The notes under the pieces: model-generated | Told to the model about the DNA's origin: nothing | Database searches by the model: none | What the model saw: the letters and a program-made list of their open reading frames with translations, nothing else | Shown: positions 22,340 through 32,258 of the stretch, piece after piece | Position numbering within the stretch: the stretch's first letter is position 1 | Layout: each line of letters opens with the position of its first letter | From: Basidiobolus meristosporus CBS 931.73 | Lineage: Eukaryota; Fungi; Basidiobolomycota | Length of the DNA: 44,029 nucleotides | Reading direction: 5' to 3' | NCBI GenBank assembly: GCA_002104905.1 | Contig: MCFE01000700.1 | Span: 1-44,029, forward strand | Translations under genes and position numbers: made by a program

Positions 22340-25300
22340 ATGAACTCTTTGCCATTACCACTCTCACATGGAGCCCCACAGTTTGATGGAAAGAATGTGG
22401 AAAGCTTCATATTCAAATGGGAGAAGCTCTGCAAGATGTGCAGCCTATCTGAACAAGAAATGGCTGAAGACTTCCCCTACTACTGCATCAATGATATTAC
22501 CATTAAGCTTCTCAGACAAGGAGACATTCTCACTGACTGGGCCTTAATGAAGACCTACCTACAGACCAAGTATGGTAGACCCCAGATATACTATGGAATT
22601 GAAGACCTCAGACACTTTGGAAGAACTGGACTTTCCAAGCTACTACTTGAAGAGTTCATTCAAAATTATGAAGATATGGCCAAGCCACTCCTAGAGTCCC
22701 AGGCTATAACTGAGTTTACCATGACACTTTACCTTGCACAAGGGCTTCCCCAGGACTTGGCAAGGAAAGTTGACTTACATGCAGCCAAGGATGACAAGTC
22801 TGGACTTCCTTGCTTTGCAGAGATGAAACGTGTTCCCCTAGAGGCAAAGTAAACTTCTACCTTTATGAAACTCCTGACATCTAATCTGCCAGACCAGTCA
22901 ACCAAGGAGCCAAGGAGTGCTGCTGCTGACAATCAGACCTACTCTACCAACAGAATTGACCAACTTGCTGAACAGCTACAAAAGCTAGCCCTCAAGATTA
23001 ATGGCTCAGCTGAGGTTGCTACTGAGGGCCAAAGACCTTTGCCCAGACACTGCATCTGGTGTGACTCTACTCAGCATGCCAGACAAGAATGCTCAGAGCT
23101 TAGTCAGCTACTCAGAGAAGGAGCAGTACAGTTTGATGCTGATGGAATGCTTGCTGACAAGGAAGGAAGAAGGATTCCCACTAATTTCCAAAGAGGAGGG
23201 ATGAGAGCCCTTTGCCAGAAATCTGACTCAGCAACCAGAAAGATTACTGTTGATGCCCCTATTGGGACTCATAAAGTGAATCCAAGCAGCCCTGACAACA
23301 GACAACACACAGTTGATGCCTTTGCTACCAAAAGACACCTCCCTGAAGAGCCTGCCAAACTCATCCTTAGAAGGCCACAATTTGAAGAACCTGAAGTTGT
23401 TATTGACAGGAAGCCTAGTATGCTGCCCACCCAAGATCCATTGCCTCACTTTCAGATGACCTCAAAGATAGCAAGTTACTCAAGCCCTCAACTGACTACT
23501 GAGAAGCTGCTGAAGCAGAACCTCACTTTGTTGGTTGGAGTAACCATGAGTGTATCCCCATCTGTCAGGAAGACCTTTGATGAGCAGCTTAGAACAAGAC
23601 AACAAGCTGTTGAACATATGGACACCCATATAACTCAGACAAACCATGAAGACCACCAAAAGGATGAGAACACTACTGAATATAAGACCTTTTACTCAGT
23701 TGCAACTGCTGTGGTGAAAGGGTATATATATGATGACCCTGTTGACTGCCATATTGACAGTGGCTCAGAGATTTGTATTATGCTGCCAGACTCCTAGAAG
23801 ACACTTCAAAGCAAGGAGTTGCTGCCTTTTGATAGAGATATTGGATGGAACATGACTGATGCAAACTCAGGATCTAGTCCACTCTATGGTGTAGTGCACA
23901 AGTTCCCTATTGAGGTACAAGGAATCAAGGTCTGGCTTCCCCTCTTCATCTGCCAGAAGGCAAACTTTGACCTTCTGCTAGGTAGACCATGGGAAACCAG
24001 CACTAAGGCTACAACTACCAACTATTCCAATGGGTCAGTATGGTACACCATACAAGGATCCAACCCAGGACTACAGTCAACCTTTTGTGGTGTAACACCC
24101 ACCAATAAGAGGACACATACTGCTTGCCAGAAGACACATCTTGTTATGGAAGAAGATGAGGAGCCTGACAATATACACCCCAACATTTGGAGCTGCTCAT
24201 TAGGTATACAGGAGCAGACTGCTATGGTTTGGACAAAATACAAGAGAGTAGAATAGAAGATTAGATCATCACTTCCACCTTTGACTGATGGAACTTGACC
24301 TGCTGATTACATTAGACCACCAGAAGAAACACCAGAAGATATACAACCTACACCCGAGAGACTTAAGCAACTTATCATTGATGATGGAAACCTTACACTG
24401 GAGGAGACACTATTATTTGAAGAGACCTTGAAGAGGCATGATAAGGTTTCCTCATATAATGACAAGGAGATGGGACTCTTAAAGACATTGGTTGAAAAAC
24501 TCATTAAGATTCATACAGTGCCCCACACACCCTGGTCATTTAAGCCTTACCCACTGCCCAGAGGACTCCAAGCTGATGTGCATGACCTACTCAAGAAGAA
24601 GATAGAAGCTGTTATCCTAGAACCTTGCCATGGACCTTATGCTAACAGATGGTTTGTGACCAAAAAGAAGAATGGAAAGCTCTGATTCATTCAAGACATG
24701 CAACCTGCAAATGCTGTGACTATCAGAGATGCTGCTATACCTCCATCTATTGATGACTTTGCAGAAAGCTCTAGTCACCACTCCATTTACTTAACATACA
24801 ATCTCTACTCAGGATATGACCAGATCCCCCTTGATGAGACATCAAGAGATATTTTTGCACTGCAGACACCATTTGGACTGTTGAGGATGACAGGACTCAG
24901 CCAAGGGGCTACAAACTCCGTGACTAAGTTCCAGAGATGCATGGTCAATGTGCTGTATCAATTTATACCTGAAAAGCTTGCTGTCTTTGTTGATGACATA
25001 GGCATCAAAGGACCAAAAATCCGGGACACTACTGAAGATATGCCTGGAGTAAGAAAGTTTGTGTATGATCATATTTCAGACAATGATGCCATATTAGGAG
25101 CCATTGAAGAAGCTGGACTCACCATCAGTGGTGAGAAAAGCAGCTTTGGTGTATCAGAGATATCCATTGTTGGACAAAAATGCAACACCTTTGGTTGTTC
25201 ACCTGGAGACTCCAAGACACAAAAGATATGCAACTGGCCTACCCCTCAAGTCTCACACAGGCTTGTGGCTTTGTGGCAGCTTGTGGGTTCTCTAGGATCT

Positions 25301-27171
25301 GGATCCCAAGATTTTCTGAGATTGCAGAACCAATTTACCAACCACAGAGAAAGAACACCCCATTTATCTGGGGAGAAGAGTAAGAAGAAGCCATGCAATT
25401 ACTGAAAGAGGCCTTAGTATCTCCACCAGTCTTACAACCTCTTGACTATCAGAACACTGAATGCCCACCTATTTTGACAGTGGATGCAAGCCCTATAGGA
25501 GCTGGAGTACTACTTGGCCAAGATGATGAAGATCGCAACCGCTATGCCTGCAGATATGAGAGCTGCCTATTCTCTCCTAGAGAACAAAGATACTCACAGA
25601 TTAAGAGAGAGCTACTAGGAGCTGTGAAGATGCTGAGGAAACTGAAGTCACAACTCTACATGACACATTTCATCCTTGAGACAGATGCCAAGCCACTTAT
25701 AGGAATGATCAACAAGCTAGACCTACTTGATGATGCCACAAACCAATGGATGGCATGGCTGAAAATATTTGACTTTGAGGTCAGACATATCCCTGGCAAG
25801 ACAAATGTGGTGGCTGATGCACTCTCCAGGAAGGGACCACAGTTATTTGAAGACTTGGACCCTCACTTTGATGATATTATTGATGCAGAGATCCAACTGA
25901 TTACCATCAAAGAACAAGAGAGAACTACCTGGAGTCTGATCAAGGAATATCTAAGGACACTTAAGAAACCTAGTTGGATGGAAATTCAGGAGTTTAGATA
26001 ACTCAGGAAGAAGGTGCACCACTACTATCTTAGAGATGACCTTCTCTTTAAGCAAGTGAAGCCTGGACTTATGCCAAGAAGAGTAGTCACTACACCACAA
26101 GAGCAACTGAACATCATGACAAGTATCCACCAAGGAGAACCAGGAGGACATAGAGGACAAGAAGCCACCTACAATACTACAGCTCAGAGGAACTACTAGG
26201 AGAATATGTCCTATGATATCCAACACTTTGTTGAGTCATGTGTAGCCTGCCAGAAGAGATCACTGCATCCTACTTACACAATCTGTCTATGGCAAAAGGT
26301 TGGTATTGACCTTGTCCACATGCCAATGGCTAGATCAAAAAAGTACCTGATTGTTGCTAGAGATGACCTTAGTGGATGGGCAGAGGCTCAAGCCTTGCCC
26401 AACAACAAGAGCCATACCATATGGAGATTTATACTTGAAGACATCATCTGCAGATTTGGCTGTAACCAACAGTTTTTTGCTGACAGAGGAGAGATGACAT
26501 CCCAAAAGATCCAGGAGTTGTGCTCAAAGTACAAGATACACATTACTTTTACAACAGCTTACCACCCTCGAGCCAATGGAATGATAGAGAGAGGACATGG
26601 ACCATTGGTGAACTCTCTTGTCAATACCTGCAAGAATAACACAACACTGTGGCCACAGCAATTACATCTTGCACTATGGGCAGATAGAATTACTACCAAG
26701 AGAACAACTGGATTATTGCTGTTCAAGCTACTCTATGGACATGACTGCATACTACCAGTTGAGTTGAACACAGTCACTTGGAACTCATTGAATTGGAGAT
26801 CCAATATGCAGACTGAAGACCTCCTTGCAACTTGCATACAGCAACTTGATCACCATGACCTGAATATCAGCAGAGCTGCTGAACAACTTAAGGATACACA
26901 ACTGAAGAACAAGGCGCCCTTTGACAAATCACACCCAACAAGACCAAAACCACTATCACTAGGAGACCTAGTATTACTCTACAATTCCACCTTGGACAAA
27001 CAATGGAATTGAAAGTTTGACAACAAATGGACTGGCCCCTACCTCATTTCCAAAGTGATTGGAAATGGATGTTATTATATATCCAAGCTTGACAACACCC
27101 AGTTGAGAGCACCAGTTGCTGGAAACCAACTAAAGTTATTCAAGCATAGGAATTTTGCACATCAAGATTAG
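22340..27171 (+). pseudogene. Gypsy gag-pol polyprotein, single frame with in-frame stops and one frameshift (about 25240)
   Basis: CIWCDSTQHARQEC CCHC knuckle. CHIDSGSEIC...LLLGRPW protease. GYDQIPL...GLSQGATNS...VFVDD RT. VDAS/TDAK/DALSR RNase H. H...GHRG...SCVAC zinc finger and GIDLVHMP/DRG/NGMIERGH integrase. ORFs 22292-25405 share one frame and 25393-27012 share another. Final stop at 27169-27171. Confidence 0.95.
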
Positions 27172-27196
27172 TTTGCTTTGACCCAAGTTCAAAGCT

Positions 27197-27209
27197 GAGA
27201 GGGGGGTAG
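27197..27209 (+). other. Polypurine tract of the gypsy element
   Basis: GAGAGGGGGGTAG immediately before the 3' LTR TGT at 27211. Confidence 0.85.
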
Positions 27210-27210
27210 C

Positions 27211-27510
27211 TGTAGTGGGATGACAGTGACACCCACTGACAGATGTGCTCATTCCCTTATTTTCTACTTCCCTATATCTCTACTACACTTATTTTAGTTT
27301 ATTCCATTTGTCTTACCCAATCAGTACTATCCCATAAGCCGGTTGACTATCACACCTGCTTACCTTATTGCATAAGTTACCCCTCACTGTATGTAAGATT
27401 ACTAGCTATAAGTGCTTCTATATTTGGCAAGTACCCATGCCAGTACCTGAGACACACAATCAACCCGTGTCACCATCCCTACCATTTCCATACCATATAT
27501 GGTATCCCTA
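27211..27510 (+). repeat. Gypsy 3' LTR, first 300 bp only
   Basis: Aligns with 21130-21429 (about 20 differences by eye), then switches abruptly to CACTA ORF2 sequence. Confidence 0.92.
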
Positions 27511-28497
27511 GGTTGCACTGAATGACAAAGCAAGCTGTTGTCCAACTGTTCTTCTGCTATCATCAGCAGTGGTGTTTGCTGGGGAACCAGACAACTTTGT
27601 TTAAATTTTAGTTAGCATATATATGGAAGTGATTCAAACCAAAGGTGAAATAGTCTTACATATACAGGGGTATGTGGTGCTGCAACTATATTTATAAAGC
27701 TTACTATGGCAGGTCATCATTAAATCTTACATTCATGTAGATGCAATGTCTCAAATACCAGACCATCTTAAATTCACATGAGTAGTGACCAAAAAGTGAT
27801 ATAGTTACATTACGTTGCTGAAGGTCCAACTTTTTGCCCCATGGACAAGACTACTTTGATTCAATGCCATAAGAGAAGAGGAAAGTAACCATGTGGCTAT
27901 TGTAGTAAACCTCTCAGTCATGAAGCACTCAGACAGCATAGGAGGTATTACAAGGATCACAGCCAGTATTTTGCCACACAGGTAATATTTGACCACTTAT
28001 CAGTCACTACTGTACCAACATTATCTTGCTGGTCAGTTGATACTTCTATATTGGTACCTGGCTGTCTTTGGACCCTGTGCAAGCTGAGTCAGGTGAGTTT
28101 GTGATGCCTTTAGGTTCACCACAACAGTACCATGCATGAGCTCTGTCAAATCCCAATATGCAATGGGAGAGCACCCATTGAAACAAATGCCAAGGATACT
28201 TTATGAAGCCAAGTGAGCCCCATAATACATCTACTGGATAATGATATAATGTTGAGGCTAGAGAAGTGGTGTGTTTCCATCAATGTTAGTGATGGCACCT
28301 TGAGGATTTACTACTACTTCTTGCAAAATCAATCTGGGATGCAAATTACTATTTACATGGTAAGATTGGACAAACATCATGCAGATGGCAACTTATGACC
28401 CAGACACTGTCCTGATTCCAGCATGTGATAACAGTTGCATGGCATTCACATCCAAAAATGCCACCTTTGCACCATGTCCAAATTGTCAGGCATCCAC
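27511..28497 (+). mobile_element. CACTA copy E: ORF2 5' remnant (minus), intergenic region, transposase N-terminus (ATG at 27841)
   Basis: Colinear with 1965-3040. Ends at the CPNC motif. Confidence 0.8.
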
Positions 28498-29620
28498 CTT
28501 GGGGCTGCTTAGCTTCTTAATGTCATAGGCATAGGTGACTCCATGTGCACAATTGTCCTCAGTATTTTCCAACTCTTCCTGGCTGTCCTCCATGTGCCAA
28601 CTCATCACATCCATGATGGACTTGAAGGTGTTATTCTTGATGAGATTGGGATATGGTAGTACCTGCAACTTGCCTTGTCTTCCTATCTCCCCACACATCC
28701 ACTCAATAAGAAACTCCCAAAAGTTGAAGCAAGGCCCAATGTTCTCCAAACACCATGCAAGATGGAGTAGAAAATGGATACAGCTGTGGCAGAGATCTCC
28801 GCATTTAGCTTTATATTTGTAGTATAGCCGCTCAAATCCCGTTACAAACTACTTGCACAACACCTGTAGATGTGTCAAGTTGACATTGGTGATCTGCTTC
28901 TGGATAAATATTCCTACAATGTCCACATATGACTCCCAATGCTTCCAATGTACTCTTGGTAGGAATGGCTTCAGAATACCACTTGGATAAATGCATATCC
29001 AATTGATCCAGTCTTTGCATTGGTTGGTTGCATATGCGTATAAATATTGATTGGAGTCTGTGAGAAGTATTTATGGTGGCAGATACTCTCCAATATCTTG
29101 CCAATTCTTTCAAATTTTCCGGTATCTTGGAGGGCTCATATGGCTTGAAATGCCCCATGTACAACTTGGTCATCAGTATAAGGATATTGTTGCAAAGCAA
29201 ATAGACTTGTTCCATTGTGCCATTGATCACAGTGCCAGAAAGTGCTGTATATTTTGCTATTAATTTGATATTTTAGGGTCATATGCATGTCAATTTTGAT
29301 CCCAAATTGGCACTGTATGGCACTATCTGGCACTCTGTGGCATGATCAGGCACCATCTGGCATGCTATAGCACTATTGGGCTCTATGATCAGCTGGAACA
29401 ATGGAACAAGTCTAATGTATTGCACCCAGTGGAAAGATTTTGCACTAACAGATACCCTCTATCTCAAGAATCTCTGGTTTCCAACTGATTGCATATTCTG
29501 GCCAATAGCTTATAGCTTGCCAACTTTGCTGCAATTGCATGCTGACTTCTGTATGTTCTCTCTGTGGAAAGACAGTGTGTTTAGTGCTGGTGTTTGGCTA
29601 ATAATAATGTGTGTGAGTTA
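28498..29620 (-). mobile_element. CACTA copy F: C-terminal part of transposase, inverted relative to copy E
   Basis: ORFs 28486..28749 (NIGPCFNFWEFLIEWMCGEIG) and 28832..29230. Interrupted by the 211-bp insertion. Confidence 0.8.
29203..29413. mobile_element. 211-bp MITE sharing termini with the foldback family; perfect 3-bp TSD AAT
   Basis: AAT|AGACTTGTTCCATTGTGCC...GGAACAATGGAACAAGTCT|AAT. The empty site AAAGCAAATGCATTGC occurs in other transposase copies (about 4495-4510). Internal 7 x 10-bp TGGCAC array at 29308-29377. Confidence 0.85.
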
Positions 29621-30860
29621 GAAAGCATTAATGAAGCAATTAGGTGCAGTGGCTGATAGGATAGATGCAATGGCCCAGAGAAAGCAGGAAATATTCAAGA
29701 AACAGGATGAGTAGATAATAAGTATAGAGTAATATATATCCCAGGTAGACAAAGCAGTGTCTTTGTTGCAAACAAGGAACTCAAGTAGCCCAATGTCAAA
29801 GCCAAGAGTTGAGCCATTTCCCAGTGCAATAGCAGATACGTACCATACAGCCTTTGAAGCACAACAGCCGTGCCCAAAGATAAAGCCCACAGAAAAACCT
29901 ATTACAGTGTGGGAGGGAGACAGTATGGTATTTATACCAAAGCCTAAAAACCAAAAGACATTGAAGATCTGTGAAGTCATTGAGTGCACTAATGAAAATT
30001 GGGCAATTATTCAAGAGGCTGTCAGAGGTCTGGCATGCCATCACCATAGGGCCTGCATACCATGGGACTGTCAGGAGCTCAAGGCCAAGCAGGATGCACT
30101 TGACATGTTCCATGAGCATTATCCTGGATTCAAATGGGCCAACAGATTTGTGGCCAGCATTGGTATGCTAAGAAAGTATCTTAAGAATAGCAGAAACAAT
30201 CAAAGGCAGAAGAACAAGGGTGCCATGGCTAAAAACCAGTGGCTTCCTCAAGAGCCTGTTACAAGCAGGCCCAAAAGCTCCATACAAGCAACAAAGAGAC
30301 ATCATGGAACTGGAAGAGTGCAAATTAGGGACAAACAGGCAGACACAGAGGCACCAGCACAACATTTATCAAGGAAAAAGCATAGTACCACTCAAGAAGC
30401 ACCCAGTGAGAGTAGCAGTGAAGGACCTGGCAGTGATAAAAACCAGCAGCATTTACAGGAGCCAGTCACAGCTACAGTTGAGAGCTTGAAACAAGCAGAA
30501 AAGAAATTTCAGGTTGCCAGAAGAGTTCCAGCAATGGACAAGCAGGCCAAAACAGATGTGTCATAGCAGAATTTATCAAGGAGAGAACATAGCTCATTAC
30601 AAGAAGCACTCAGACAAAGTAACAGTGAAACACCTGGCAGTGATAATGGAAATTGTAAAGGGAAGAATGTCCACCCAAGCTTGAGGCAGCAAAGCATACA
30701 AAAAAACTACAGATTGACCAAATTTTTTGTGAAATCTGGGGTGCAATTATTTGTTTGCCATCTCTAGACAGTGTCCTGACAGGATCAGTACCTCTTAGTC
30801 ACAGGACTTTAACTTTGTGATGGACTTTTGATGGGATCATTACAATAATGTTTCATAGGG
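29621..30860 (+). mobile_element. CACTA copy G: ORF2 central part joined to the ORF2-side terminus
   Basis: Longest open ORF2 piece at 29757..30566. TIR ATGTTTCATAGGG at 30848-30860 (12/13 match). Confidence 0.82.
29757..30566 (+). pseudogene. Best-preserved ORF2 fragment (269 aa, unknown function)
   Basis: Open for 269 codons. Homologous, stop-containing versions at 7440-8260 (+) and about 830-1620 (-). Core: IPWDCQELKAKQDALDMFHEHYPGFKWANRFVASIGMLRKYLKNSRNNQR. Confidence 0.65.
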
Positions 30861-32190
30861 ATCAATCAAGCACAAATGTATCCAATATACTTTAAGGCAA
30901 ACCTTACCAACTGCAAAGAAGTATGGGCTACCTTGAAGGTATGTATGAACATGCCTTTGCTTTAGCCCTTGAAGGATTCTCATCACACAAGTACTCTACC
31001 AGTAAATCTTGCTGGCCACCGATTCTCATCAACCTGAATCTGTATCAGTGCTAAAATCTGATGGTAGTTGCACTGGTATCTGGGCCTTGATCACTGTCCA
31101 ACCTGGATAGCTCCCTGTACCCATTGCTGAATGAATTTTGTATTTTTTCCTGCAGGATAATATTAAATAGCCATCATGTCAAAGCACAAATTATTATCTG
31201 CATTGGAGATACCCCAGCCATCAGCAAGTTAGCCAACTTTTCTGGGCACAATGGATGGCATTGCTGTTGAATATGTGAGATCCAGAGGATTTACTCCATA
31301 ACTTACACACATTATTGTTACCCAAGCACCTACATTAAGAACACTATCTTCCCACAGAGAGAATATATAGAAGTCAGCATACAATTGCAGCAAAGTCAGC
31401 AAGCTATAAGCCATTGGCCAGAATATGGAATCAATTGGAAACTGGAGATACCTAAGACAGATGGTATCTGTTGGAGCAAAAGCTTTCCACTGGGAGCAAT
31501 GCATTTGCTTTGCAACAGTATCCCTATACTGATGACCAAGTTGTACATGGGGCATTTCAAGCTTGATTAGCCCTCCAAGATACCAGAGAAATATGAAAGA
31601 ATTGACATTGAAGGAATATTTATCAAGAAGCAGATCACCAATGCTAGCTTGACAAATCTACAGCTGTTGTGCAGGGAGTTTGGGGCGGGATTTGGGCAGC
31701 TATACTACAAATATAAAGCAGAAAACATAGATCTCTGCTGATACTCTATCCATTCTCTACTCCAACTTGCTTGGTGTGTGGAGAATATTGGGCCTTGCTT
31801 CACCTTTTGGGGGTTTCCTTTGCAGTAGATGTGTGGGGAGATAGGAAGACAAGTCAAGTAGCAGGTACTATCATATCCCAATCACATCAAGAATAGTATC
31901 TTGTAGTCCATGATGGATATGATGAGCTGGTATATAGAGGACAGCCAGGAAGAGTTGGAAAATACTGAGGACAAATGTGCGCATGGAGACACCTAGGCTA
32001 GTTGAATGAAGATGCTAAGCAGCCCCAATATGTGAGTAATCATTCATGTAATGCCAAGTTAGGTTGGGTGAAAGAAGTACCTAATTTTTATCAGGAAAGC
32101 TGTTTGGAGGTATGCCAGGTTTCTCTTGGTCACAAGCCAACTTCTACACCATGCAATATGGAATTCAAACAAACAAGAGCCAGAGTGCAC
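30861..32190 (+). mobile_element. CACTA copy H: transposase central and C-terminal fragment with internal deletions
   Basis: CIGDTPAISKLA region at about 31200, ORF 31385..31570 (GAMHLLCNSIP), and a C-terminal and 3' region matching 20090-20560. Confidence 0.8.
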
Positions 32191-32246
32191 CACATAATCT
32201 ACTTAACTTCCAAATCACTTCCAATATCTCCAAGACCCTTTCTACA

Positions 32247-32258
32247 GGTTATGTGCCC
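32247..32258 (+). other. Primer-binding site of Copia-B (GGTTATGRGCCC type)
   Basis: GGTTATGTGCCC directly after the LTR end ...CTACA. Confidence 0.75.

Larger units (their letters stand above)
21130..27510 (+). mobile_element. Ty3/gypsy LTR retrotransposon, near-complete; 3' LTR broken after 300 bp
   Basis: 5' LTR 21130-22199, PBS, gag-PR-RT-RH-INT order, PPT, and 3' LTR starting at 27211. Confidence 0.95.

Noticed and set aside
22850-22852. Possible programmed readthrough or gag/pol boundary at the in-frame TAA
   Set aside because: The CCHC knuckle lies downstream of it, and several other in-frame stops (23795, 24254, 24683) are scattered through pol. Nonsense mutation is the simpler explanation.
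27012-27171. Chromodomain at the integrase C-terminus
   Set aside because: The frame ends at 27171, just before the PPT, with no room or motif for a chromodomain.
27506-27512. LTR break falls in a CCCTA(TG) motif resembling the CACTA TIR
   Set aside because: The break is inside the motif, not at its outer edge where a transposase would cut. It is probably coincidence.
29308-29377. Short regularly spaced repeats resembling a CRISPR array
   Set aside because: The units are 10 bp with only 4 variable bases, lie inside a TIR element in eukaryotic TE DNA, and have no cas genes or spacer-length sequence.
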